Sequence record: MK250028.1
Reading direction: 5' to 3' (one strand)
DNA length: 64,000 nucleotides
Shown here in pieces: positions 26,680 to 37,679 of this stretch. Each line of letters opens with the position of its first letter. Positions within the stretch are counted from its first letter, which is position 1. A program made the position numbers and the translations under genes. Under the pieces are notes generated by a model, which was not told the DNA's origin, did not search any database, and saw nothing but the letters and a program-made list of their open reading frames with translations.

Positions 26680-27447
26680 ATGCAAACATCAAGTAAAGTT
26701 TCATACGATAATTGGAGTGATTGGAATTTAGGAAATTAGATAATGAATATAAGACCTGTTGGTACATATTGCTTCTGTGAACATCATCATTGTCACCATC
26801 ATCATCCTTGTGATTGTGTAGATTGTGAATTCTCAGAATCATATATTAAACCAGAATCTTGTTGTCATCATCATCCGCATCCACCAGTACCATGTCCACC
26901 ACATCATTGTGATTGTCATGATCCACATTTATTTCCAATTGATCAAGATAATGATGGATTTGTAGAAAGTGATATGATTCATAAACATCCAGAACCATAT
27001 ATTCCAGAACCATTACCAGAAGAAATTGGAGATAAAGAAGATGATACAACAAATAGAATGGAAGTAGGTGACGAAGTTGATGATATTGATGATTCAACAA
27101 ATTATTATGGTTCAAATTTAGTTGTAAGTATTCCTAAAGAAATTCAACCAGTAGAAACATCAGATGAAATTGATTCTATTTTAGATGAAGATACACAAGA
27201 TGATATGGTAACTACTGATGAAGATGGTTATCATACATTAAGTGATGAAGTTCCAGCAGAAGAAGATAATTGGGAAACATCAAAAATGATTGATACTAAT
27301 ACATCTAAAATTATTGAAGAAACACCAGTTCCTGAATAGAAATTAAAGGAAGTTGAAACTATTCCATCTGTAGAATCAGTAGAAGAGAAACCCACACGTG
27401 GACGTAGAAGAGTTAATCGTGGAGGAAGACGTAAAAAAGAAGAATAA
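26680..27447 (+). CDS. His/Cys/Pro-rich, acidic low-complexity protein with basic tail (code 15)
   Basis: 255 aa open with TAG=Q; CFCEHHHCHHHHPCDC.., ends RGRRRVNRGGRRKKEE. Confidence 0.75.
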
Positions 27448-27469
27448 TTTTTATTCTATATATAATAGA

Positions 27470-27506
27470 AAAGAGACTTAGAACAAAAATACTAAGTCTC
27501 TTTTTA
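27470..27506. terminator. Bidirectional terminator
   Basis: AAAGAGACTTAG/CTAAGTCTCTTT between convergent genes. Confidence 0.8.
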
Positions 27507-27551
27507 TTTTTTATAAACATTCACATTTAATTTTAATATAAAATTATAAAA

Positions 27552-28178
27552 TTAAAGCATACATTCATCCCACCAGTCAGCGCGGAAAGTCATATCACAA
27601 GACATCAAATCTGTACTGTCATAATTAAGTGTAGGACCAGGTACACCTGTTGTAGGGAAAATGTAATAGAATACCCATTGCCAATATGGATTACCAGCAC
27701 GATCTTGCATAGTAATAGTCATTGATGGCGCCACGTAATCTTTCTTAAGGCCTTCACGACCTGTAAGAGGATCATAAATAAGGTCAACCCATTCACGAAG
27801 GAACTTATATGTGTAGTTCTCAGGTGAACCGTTATCATATGAAAGGTTAAGGTTAAAGTGTAATGTCAAGTCGACATTAGTTCTATCCGGTTTTGCACCA
27901 GCGAATGAACGTTGTGCAAATTTATACTTTTGCTCTGTTGCGTTAGCACCAAATGAAGTAGAAATCTGACCAACACTTTGTACACCTTCAAGAATAATAT
28001 TCAAACGTTCATCATCTGTTGTATCAACCATACCTTGAGGACAACTTAATTGAACAGTAAACAAGTTCAAATATATAGGTTCCCATAATGAGGTAGATAC
28101 ACGGCTATTTCTAAAATGTGATAATCCTAACAAACCTGGAGATTTCTTAGGTAAAGTAGGTCCATTTGTTACTGCCAT
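27552..28178 (-). CDS. Tail tube protein (T4 gp19-like)
   Basis: EPIYLNLF, RSFAG, YKFLREW.DLIYDPLTG..GLKKDY pattern of myovirus tube proteins. Confidence 0.7.
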   Translation of the reverse strand: MAVTNGPTLPKKSPGLLGLSHFRNSRVSTSLWEPIYLNLFTVQLSCPQGMVDTTDDERLNIILEGVQSVGQISTSFGANATEQKYKFAQRSFAGAKPDRTNVDLTLHFNLNLSYDNGSPENYTYKFLREWVDLIYDPLTGREGLKKDYVAPSMTITMQDRAGNPYWQWVFYYIFPTTGVPGPTLNYDSTDLMSCDMTFRADWWDECML

Positions 28179-28331
28179 ATTATTATTAAAGTATATTTTA
28201 TTTTATTTATCTGTGAAAAATAGGTAGATTAAATGTAGACAAAAATATTTTTTTATAGTATAAATTAAGAATTTAAAAAAAATAGAGATAAATAATTAAG
28301 TTCAAAAAATAAATTTTAAATAAAGAAGAAA

Positions 28332-28505
28332 ATGAAGAAGATTTTATTTGTACTTGCTGCTGTTGTAACAATGAGTTTCGCTTCTTGTGGTAACAAGACT
28401 ACTACATGTGGAACAGCAAATGATTCAACTGCAACAGATACTACAGTTGTTGATTCTACAGCTACAGATTCAACTGCAGCTGATTCTACAGTTTGTCCTA
28501 TGTAA
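28332..28505 (+). CDS. Small lipoprotein with D-(S/T)-T repeats (57 aa)
   Basis: MKKILFVLAAVVTMSFAS-C lipobox; mature part has DST, DTT, DST, DST, DST. Confidence 0.75.
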   Translation: MKKILFVLAAVVTMSFASCGNKTTTCGTANDSTATDTTVVDSTATDSTAADSTVCPM

Positions 28506-28678
28506 TTCATAAGACAAACTTTATTTTAGAGAAGATTATTGTGTAATTAAAATATAACCTAATATAAGGTTTATATTAAACTAATTTTAGAGATATACTA
28601 AATATATTCATTTATATTTGGTATATCTTTTTTTATTTAATAAATATTTAAAATTTATTTAACTGAATTATATAATAT

Positions 28679-29575
28679 ATGGCAACATGGAATCAAGCAG
28701 TTCAATAGATGGGTAAGTTTTATCAATAGAATATACATACATATCAAGGTGGTAAATCAGGACATGCGACAGGTGCTAGACGTTCTTATTCATGCCCTTT
28801 AGTTGGACACAGTGTAGGAGATGATTGTTCAGGATTTACTTCTGCGTGTTTATAGTTATTTGGAGCATTTCCAGGCTCATATATTGTTTCATCTAGTGGT
28901 TTTGCATCAACATCTGGTGCAACAGCCGCATATTTAAGAAAAGCTGGATTTTCACCGTTAAGATATATTAGTTATTCATCTTTATAGCCATATGATATTG
29001 TTGCAAGAAATGGACATGTTGAAGTATTTTGTGGTATGAAGGGAAGTTCACCAATGTCATACGCATGGGGAAATATTCATGATGGCATAAATGGACATGT
29101 TGGTATGCCATGTTGGTTTTCTAAACAGTCTTATTCTATTGTATGGAGAAATTCTGGTGTAAGTATAGATACACCATTAGATTTTTCTTCAGTGTCTGGC
29201 GGTTCATTACAACAATAGATGAATTCTGGATATGGTACAGGTGGAACATTAAATGGGTAGACAGGTTCATAGTTTAATTATACATCAAATACATATCCTG
29301 TTCATGATGAATATGAAACTATTTCATCTGGTAATGGTTCAAAATCTGTATTTGAAATTGTAGGTGAAAATACATTACGTATGGCATATACAAATTCATC
29401 ATATATACAACAATTAGATTCATCTAATTATTAGTTAAAAAATACTCGTATATATTCAACTAATGATGCATCTATAATATTAGATGAATTATCAATACCA
29501 TTAGATCCATTTGATACGAGTGTTAATACATTAGATTCAAGTGTTATTGATAATTCAGTTAAAACAAATAATTAA
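28679..29575 (+). CDS. NlpC/P60-type peptidoglycan peptidase, virion-associated (code 15, at least 8 TAG)
   Basis: 298 aa with TAG=Q; DDCSGF and GHVE catalytic motifs; C-terminal domain shared with the next gene. Confidence 0.75.
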
Positions 29576-30285
29576 TAATATATGGCTGGCAAGAAATTAC
29601 TTAATGGTGTTTATATAACAAAGAAAATAATGGAAGCTTTTAATCTTAAAGATTATCAGGCTGCTGGATTTGCTGGTTGTTTTATGGAAGAATCTGGTTG
29701 TGATCCCGGTGCATATAATGCCGCTGAAAAATCTGGAAGATTTAAAGGTTCATCAGCGAACGGTGCAGGTTATGGTGCAGGTCTTGCATAGTGGTCTAAT
29801 GCATGGAAACGGTAGATATAGAGATAGTTTAATAATTCAAGGCCTATAGAAAATTGGACATTAGATTAGCAAATAGCTATTGTTACTAAAGGCTGTTCAT
29901 AGTCTTTTGTAAATTTATTAAGAAAATGTACATCAGTAGGTTAGTCTACAGATATTGTTTTAAGAGGATATGAAAATGGTTCTGCAGGTAAAGGTACTAA
30001 ATTACGTTCATAGCAATCAATGAAAGCATATACGTGGTGTAAGACATCATATATGGCAGATGGTAGTAGACGTACGTTTAGTGATGGATATATTGGTGCA
30101 TTAACATGTAGAACATCATGGGCTAATGCAGTTTTAAGTAAAATGGGATCAGTTAATCTTGCAGATTTATCCGGATTAGGAACAGAAGTAGGTGGAGGAT
30201 TAGGTGATGATGGCTCTTTTGGTTCTACTGGTGGAGGAGGAACTGGAGATTCAAACGCATATCCTGTTCATGATGAATATGAAAC
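29292..30285 (+). repeat. 28-bp identical segment (29292-29319 and 30258-30285) in paralogous C-terminal domains
   Basis: CATATCCTGTTCATGATGAATATGAAAC present twice. Confidence 0.85.
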
Positions 30286-30622
30286 ATTTACTGGACAAGG
30301 TGGAAATATATTTGCAAATGCAAAAGATAATGCATTTCAATTAGCTGCTGATGCATCAAAATCTAAATTTTCATCTAAAGATTCTGAAGCATCTAAGCAT
30401 ACACGTATATATTCTACAAATGATTCTTGTATTGTTTTAGATGAATTAAGTATACCATATGATCCAAATGATCCAACTATTGAATATGCAAATCAAAATG
30501 TAAAAGCGGAAGATGTTAAGAAAGATACATCTACTAATGCAAAAGATAATACTAAAGACACATCTACAAATAAAAGTACAAATAAATCTAATACTACAAA
30601 AAAGACAACTAAATCTAAATAA
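29582..30622 (+). CDS. Phage tail lysozyme-like protein (code 15)
   Basis: 346 aa with TAG=Q; QAAGFAGCFMEESG..GAGLAQW; shared C-terminal YPVHDEYET..RIYSTND domain. Confidence 0.75.
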
Positions 30623-30624
30623 TT

Positions 30625-33600
30625 ATGATTACAATAAATGGTATTAAATATTTAAAAAAAGGAGAGACATCAAATGATAAAACAATAACGCATTATTATT
30701 ATACAGATTCATTAAAGAAAACTTATAATATAATATATAATGGCAAAAATGCTAAATTATATACAGATACTAAAGTATACAAGGATTCTGATACAAATTA
30801 GATTATAAAGAAAGATTTCTTTAATTATACTATTGATTACGGCACAGGAAAATATGGAGGCGTTTGTTATTCAAAATCAGATGAAGATAAGATATTAGGT
30901 ATGGTCGATTCTGATAGTAATATAGATGGAAGTTCTAATGGAGATTCTACAACTGATGGTGATAATAGTTCAAACTCTGGAAATAATTCTGATGATTCTG
31001 ATAATAATGACGGTAATAGTTCAAATAATGGTAATGGAACAGGTGATGATACAAATGATTCTGATAGTAATGGATCTGGTAATAAAGATACTAATAATAA
31101 AGGTATATTTGAGGATTCAATGGGTAATAAAGATAAAGATAATCCTCGAAGTTCATTACCATTAGGAGCAGATATTAAAGATCCTGATGTTACAGGTTTT
31201 AGCATTGATGAAGTAACAGCGCCACATCCACGAGAAAACAATTGGTATAATAAAGGTTCTGTTTGTCCAATAATACGTATAAATGATCATTATTTTTCTG
31301 ATACTGAAATATAGCATTTTTCTATGGAAACTGGATATTATAAGAATTTTTATGATTATCAAGTATACCAAGCACCGTTAACAGGTGTTTTACCAACTAT
31401 GAGGCTTATTGTTACAACAACAGATCCAGGTTTATTAAAGAAAGATTTTATAAAGCAAGGTGATAGATGTAATGTATTTTTCTAGAGTAATCATTCTATG
31501 ATTAAATCTATGAGATGTGATTTCAGAATTACTAATGTTGTAACAGATTAGTTAGATTAGACGTAGTATTAGAAATATCAAACATAGATTATAACAGGTG
31601 AACTTTATGTCCCGGATTTAAGAAATGAAGAAACTCGTTATAATTTTAATGGTTCATCAAGAGATGCTATGATGGATTTGGCAAAGAGATTAAGATTAAG
31701 TTTTTTCTTTTGTGATCCTGATGATACTAATGATAAAATGGTTTGGTGTAATTGTAAAACACCTGAAATGTTCATTCATGATTTAACAACACATGCATGG
31801 AAAAATTCTATATCATTCTTTGAATCTTGGATTGATCCACGTTATGGATTATCTTTTATGAATATTAATAGATTATTAGGTGAAGATGGATTTGATGAAT
31901 CAATAGATATGACATTCTGGACTAATACATTTATTAATAATAGAGCAGTTGATGGAAAATCTGCAAATGAAACAGATACAGAATAGAAAAATAGTACACA
32001 TATTCAAACAAAATGTTTTACTAATATTATTAATGATAATGAATCTGCTACAGTATATCATGTTAATAGTTGGAGATTGGTTAATAATGCATAGGAAATA
32101 CAAGATTTTGTTGGATTGAATTGTAAAATGCAATATTCATCTGTTAATCCTGGATTATTATCAGATGAGAATAATAATCCAAATTATAGTGTAGAATTTT
32201 CATTATGTTTAAATAGAACTAAATTTGATCCAACTAAAAAGGATAATGATTTTTATGTATTATTAGGACCTGGTAGAAATATGACATATGCGAGTGGCGA
32301 TGCCGCCATGGGAACATCTGAAACACAATCTTCAAATAAAAATGAACCTGAACAAGTTACAAATCAAATGTCTGATGGTGATGCAGATGCAATGGATAGT
32401 ACAGGAAATAATATGATGTCTTCTGGTAATACACATCAATTTTATGAAGTTGCTTATGAACATAATATGAGAAATTTACTATAGTTATAGAAATAGTATT
32501 TACTTGTAGAATTAAATGGTGCAAACTTAAGTATTGTTCGCGGTGAAAAAATGCCTATTGTATTAATGGATTTAAATAAAGCAGAACAAGCTATTAGAAC
32601 TAGTCAAGCACGTACAAAGATAGAAGAATGTATGTATGAAGCTGAATCCGGTTGGTATATAATTGATGGTATTGAATGGGTTTTTGATCCTGATAATGAT
32701 TAGGGACAAGGTACAAACTGGCGAACTAATGTGAAATTAGTTAGAAGAGAATGGCCAATACCATCAAAAATAAAAGATGCAAATGGTAATACTGTTTCAA
32801 AAAATGTCGCAAATAGTATTGTTTTGGTAGATATTGGAAACGGACAATAGATAAGAATGGCTTATTATGATGCAGTAAAGAAATATAGTTAGGAAATAAA
32901 AAATGGTGATGTCAAAATATTAGGTGGAACAACATCTGAAGACGCAGTTGTAATTGGTCAGAAAAAACAAAACATATCTTCAACTAATGATGAATAGAAT
33001 TCAGATGATCTAGAAGAAAGTGGTAAATTATATACTGCAAATGGTGTAGAGACTGTAAGTGCAGTTAATTTTAATCTTGATTTAATGGATCAATATGTAA
33101 AAGATTCTGATTATGTTGGTTAGTCTACAATACCTTTAACTGGTTTGAAAGATTTTATGAAAAATATTTATAAAACAATATTATCTGAATCCGATAATAA
33201 ATGTAAATTGGTATCTGGAAGACGGTGGGCAGTAGATGAATATGGTAATAAGGTAAATGGAAATGCGTTTGTAAAGAAATATGATTATTATAAATGTATG
33301 AATGCTATAGGTGAAGTAATGTATTTTAAAAAAAATAATTCAAGTCATTTATATGGTGAAGCTATTGATATTATTAATAATGGTATAGATTTTACTGAAC
33401 TTATGACTAATGTAATAATGAAATCACCTGCGATATTAAAATTATTTTATGATAATGGTGTTTCTGCTTATATAGAGCAAGCAAAGGATGATACAGGTGC
33501 AACTACTAAACATTACCATATTGGAACTGATACAATAAAACAACGAGAATTTTGGGAATCTGTTAAAGCTATATTAGGTTCTGATATGATTCCAGGAACT

Positions 33601-33714
33601 ATGATAACATTTATGAACTATATGACAAAAAATACATAGAGAACAACAGAATTCTCTGGAAGTAGTGAAATAGACGAAAACACATTACAAAAAAATAGTA
33701 ATAATGATAAATGA
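30625..33714 (+). CDS. Baseplate hub-like protein fused to a C-terminal M15/LAS Zn peptidase (code 15, 1029 aa)
   Basis: One frame joins four ORF-track fragments via TAG=Q; GWY.IDGI..VKLVRREWP hub-like end; SHLYGEAID and HYH peptidase motifs. Confidence 0.7.
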
Positions 33715-33718
33715 AAAT

Positions 33719-33750
33719 AAGGGAATAGATTACAAATATCTATTCCCTTT
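33719..33750. terminator. Bidirectional terminator at the + / - block junction
   Basis: AAGGGAATAGAT/ATCTATTCCCTT. Confidence 0.8.
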
Positions 33751-33756
33751 ATTATA

Positions 33757-34722
33757 TTAAATATGTTTTCTTTTTAATATTTGAATAAATTCATCTTCAG
33801 TTATTTGAGCACCTGCTGCACCTTCATGTCCTCCACCATGATAATATTCTTGAAGATATTTACCACAATGGAATTCATGTGTATCTGTAGGATTATACAA
33901 TGAAATTGCCCACATACCATCAGGTAATCTCTTAAATACAATACCGTTTTTGATTTTATCTTTACATGTTTTAAATATCTGTGAATTTGTTGGTTTCTGA
34001 ATAAACAAAGCACATGCAGATCGATTATCAAATCCTACAGTCCATGTAAAATCACCATATGAATTAATGAGGTTCTTATTGTTTCTATCAATAATCTCTG
34101 ATTCTAACTTACCTAATTCTTTAAGTTTCCCTAGTTCACATGCTAATTCTTCTGGTTTTGCTTGATATATTATATAATATACATGATTAATAATTTCACT
34201 TACATTTAAATCATATTTATTATTAACACCAATGTTTACATATCTACAAAAATCAAAATTAATATTCTCCGCATCATAACTCCAGCTATCCCATGCAGAC
34301 AATACTTTAAACAAATCCGGTATTCTTCCAATAAAATTATACAAATAGCTAAAAGCATTATATAATGCAGAATGATCGATTGTCCTTAAACCCTGAATAT
34401 CGTCAAAATGTAATTCTTTTGAACTATTAATCATAGGCGCATGATGGTCAAACCAATATAGTTTATCACCAAAATGTTTTTTCAGTTTAAGCATTGTTTC
34501 TGCTGTATCAAACGAAATATCTGATATATAAACATAATCATATACACCTATAATATCATTTTGAATATTTAAGTTCTCCATCCCATTATAATCTTCACCT
34601 AATAGTGTGATCATATTTGGATGTATTCCTTTTTCAATTACAAGAAAATTATATATGATAGCCATCGAAAATAAACCATCATTATCTTCCTTGTGATATA
34701 TAATTAAATATTTGTCATCCAT
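33757..34722 (-). CDS. DHH/DHHA1 family phosphoesterase
   Basis: YH.EDNDG, FDHH, GGGHEGAAG. Confidence 0.85.
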   Translation of the reverse strand: MDDKYLIIYHKEDNDGLFSMAIIYNFLVIEKGIHPNMITLLGEDYNGMENLNIQNDIIGVYDYVYISDISFDTAETMLKLKKHFGDKLYWFDHHAPMINSSKELHFDDIQGLRTIDHSALYNAFSYLYNFIGRIPDLFKVLSAWDSWSYDAENINFDFCRYVNIGVNNKYDLNVSEIINHVYYIIYQAKPEELACELGKLKELGKLESEIIDRNNKNLINSYGDFTWTVGFDNRSACALFIQKPTNSQIFKTCKDKIKNGIVFKRLPDGMWAISLYNPTDTHEFHCGKYLQEYYHGGGHEGAAGAQITEDEFIQILKRKHI

Positions 34723-34734
34723 TATATTATTAAT

Positions 34735-34920
34735 TTAATAATTAGTTTTCTGTTTCTCTAACATTTCTATTGCTTTTGCTTGTCTATCTACTGTCTCTTG
34801 AAGTTGTTCACACTTATATTTGTAATAATGAGCTTCACCAGCTGCAATCAATATACAAACACATGTAAGTCCCAATATATAAATATCAAGCTTATTAAAA
34901 ATCTTTTTTATTGTTTCCAT
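34735..34920 (-). CDS. Small membrane-anchored coiled-coil protein
   Basis: TM segment followed by a coiled coil. Confidence 0.6.
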   Translation of the reverse strand: METIKKIFNKLDIYILGLTCVCILIAAGEAHYYKYKCEQLQETVDRQAKAIEMLEKQKTNY

Positions 34921-34931
34921 TTAATATATAA

Positions 34932-35633
34932 TTATTTTGATAAAGTACAATTATTAAAGAAAGTACAATATGATATATTAACTATATCATTATATATAAT
35001 TGTATCAACAAGTTCATCATATCTCAAAAGAGATGCTATGAAATTTTTATTATTCTGAAATTTAACACCTGGTTGCAATATCTTCGTTTCATAATGCATC
35101 CATATATTAACATTATTAAACTTATTTTTTAATATATCTATATACTTATGATAATCATCAAATGTATTAAATACACCTTTAAATAATGTATCTATTATGT
35201 TAATATCATTGAAATCAACACTATTTAATAAATTTAATTCATCTGTATTACATGTTTCATATATTACATTATTATCTTTATCATATGATTTTGTATTATA
35301 TAAAATAAGTTGTATATCCTTTTCAGTTGTATTAATTATTTTTATATTTCTAACTATCAACGGACATGATATAATATATGATATAGGACATAGTATGCAG
35401 TTCTTTTTAATATTACTATCAAATATTAATGTAACACCACCATCTGAATATTCTATATCATCTATATTATGAACAATATTAATGTTTATATTATAATCAT
35501 TCTTTTGTTTCTTTAATTTCAGTATATCATCTTTCCATCTTTTGAATTCTAATTCTCTTTGTTCATTTAGAACCTTTGAACCAACAGATTCATTATTTAC
35601 TATGTTATCAAATTCTTCGTCAAATAAATTCAT
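34932..35633 (-). CDS. Hypothetical protein
   Basis: 233-aa ORF. Confidence 0.7.
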   Translation of the reverse strand: MNLFDEEFDNIVNNESVGSKVLNEQRELEFKRWKDDILKLKKQKNDYNININIVHNIDDIEYSDGGVTLIFDSNIKKNCILCPISYIISCPLIVRNIKIINTTEKDIQLILYNTKSYDKDNNVIYETCNTDELNLLNSVDFNDINIIDTLFKGVFNTFDDYHKYIDILKNKFNNVNIWMHYETKILQPGVKFQNNKNFIASLLRYDELVDTIIYNDIVNISYCTFFNNCTLSK

Positions 35634-35778
35634 ACCTTTTTAAAATTAATCAATAATTATATAGAAAAATGATGAAAAAGTTATATATTTTCTTAAAAAT
35701 ATTGATATTTTAACAATAAAAAATGATTCCAGTAGAAGTATACTGGAATCATTAAAATATTAAAATAAAATAGTTAAA

Positions 35779-35861
35779 TTAAATATTTTCTTTTGGTAAA
35801 TAAACACGTGTCTTTTGTTCTTTCTGACGTCCATCAGACCAATTCGAAATTTTAGTTAAAT
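35779..35861 (-). CDS. nrdD: NrdD exon 6
   Basis: (Y)LTKISNWSDGRQKEQKTRVY..stop; phase matches exon 5. Confidence 0.9.
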
Positions 35862-36106
35862 CACAATATACCCGAACTTTCATTCTATTTTAAAGGGGTT
35901 AGACTATACCACTAACTTCTTGAGTTACATCTTGGTAGTCGTTGAGGGCTTTTATTTGTTTCGTATCAAATAACTATCCCTGCTGATTATCCATTGTTAT
36001 ATCATTAGAATTTTTACACTTTGGTATCTAATGCTTTAGGAACTTCCAGCATATTCGATGTTTGCTATATATGTCACCATATATAGGGGCATTTAATTAA
36101 AAATTT
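35862..36106 (-). mobile_element. Group I intron 5 of nrdD (245 nt, no ORF)
   Basis: 5' U.G P1 (GGGT/GCCC), 3' omega-G, P/Q/R/S-like ATGCTGGAAG, ATAATCAGCAG, CTCAACGACTA, GTATAGTCT. Confidence 0.9.
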
Positions 36107-36445
36107 ACCCGATTATTCTGTCATATAAACTTACATGAACTGATCCACACTTTGGACATACACTAAATGGTGTCTTTGAAATATATCCACAATCTTCACA
36201 TTTACAATTAGGAACATTAAATGTCCAATATTGACAACCATTCTCTGCCGCAAATTTCATAATGTGAACAATCTGTTTCTTAGACAAGTGCTCTGACAAA
36301 TTGAGATGCGCTGCTGAACCACCATCCAAAAAATCTCCAATATAGTTCTTACCATGTAAGGTAATCTTATCAAAGATTGACAATGTTTTATCATTTGGTT
36401 TGAATATGTAAGACGCATACAGGTTAGTGTCTGTTGGTACCCAAT
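36107..36445 (-). CDS. nrdD: NrdD exon 5
   Basis: (Y)WVPTDTNLYASY..GGSAAHLNL..CPKCG..RIIG. Confidence 0.92.
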
Positions 36446-37194
36446 CAACTCTGTTACATGATTACATAATAATTTTAATATTATTGTTGAATGTAATCTG
36501 ATTTATTAATATATTCATTTAGATTTATTAAACCTGCATGAATTTTCCTATGACAATTTGAACATACACATACACATTTTTTTATTTCTTCATATAGTTT
36601 TTCTTTACCTCTCCCTCGATGTTTACCTATTGTAAAATCTTTTTCATTTGGATCTATATGATGAAAATCTATACAACATGGTTCATATTCACTACATATT
36701 ATACATGGATTCTTTAATGAATATAACCATTCTGTTTTTCTTTTTTGTGAACGCTTATTTTTGTTCATTATGTATTTCAGGATGTGCTTTTCTCATCTAT
36801 TTCCTATATAATTTTCTACATTCTTTACATACTGCACGTCCTTTTTCAAACATTTCTATAGACAATTCTTTACCACATTTATTACATATTTTTGTTGTCA
36901 TATATATTAAATTATGTTTTATTATTTATCACCGGAACATGACAAAAATAACATAACCCAATTATATTAATAAACGCTTAATTATTTCTAATCAAGTCTC
37001 TATGTTACCATAGAGTTCGGACTATTGCATAGTTTTGTTTCACAACAAAACTCCTTTTTATTTAGTCTCTCAGGCTGCCCATAACATTGTTGTTATTGCT
37101 TGCCCCTCGTTATCCTTACTACCGGTACCTAAGGTAATAAAATGTAAGGAACTTCGAGTCAATTAAAAAAGGTTTTACATGGACATTGTTGTCT
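36446..37194 (-). mobile_element. Group I intron 4 of nrdD (749 nt)
   Basis: P1 TGGAT/GTCCA, omega-G, CTGAGAGACTA and AATAGTCC core motifs; carries an HNH gene. Confidence 0.9.
36481..36901 (-). pseudogene. Intron-encoded HNH endonuclease split by a +1 frameshift (36901-36755 and 36768-36481)
   Basis: N-terminal CNKCG..CKEC piece stops at TAA after an A5 run; the HNH part (FHHIDP..CSNCHRKIH) continues in the +1 frame with its own ATG. Confidence 0.7.
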
Positions 37195-37679
37195 ATCCAT
37201 CTTCAGAATCCCAATTATAATTCTTTATTGCCAAACTTTCAGCTGGTATACATTCAGTATTGAACGTTAACTTATGACCGTTAAATGTACCTGCAGCTTC
37301 TTGATTCTTTTGCTTTATATATCCAAATATTGTTTGACAAAGTTTTTCATAATGAGGATTTACATTACAAGTAATTCCTAAGAATTCTGCCATTTGATTA
37401 AGACCATTCAAACCAATTGTTAAATATTGCTTATTCAAATTAATAAATCCTGCTTTATATACAGGTAATAATCCTGCGTCATACATATCCCAAAGAAGTT
37501 CATTATATGCTGTATGATATTTATATACTCTATCAAGAATATTACCAAAATATTCGCACATATCATCATAATGCTCTTCTACATTTTCTTTTGTTACTCC
37601 AGATTTCTTAACACTGTTAAACCAGTCTTGAGTTATGCGACTAAGATTCAGGGTTATCACACTTTTACTTCCTGTTTGA
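37195..37679 (-). CDS. nrdD: NrdD exon 4
   Basis: (I)QTGSKSVITLNL..QYLTIGLNG..ECIPAESL..WDSEDG. Confidence 0.93.
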
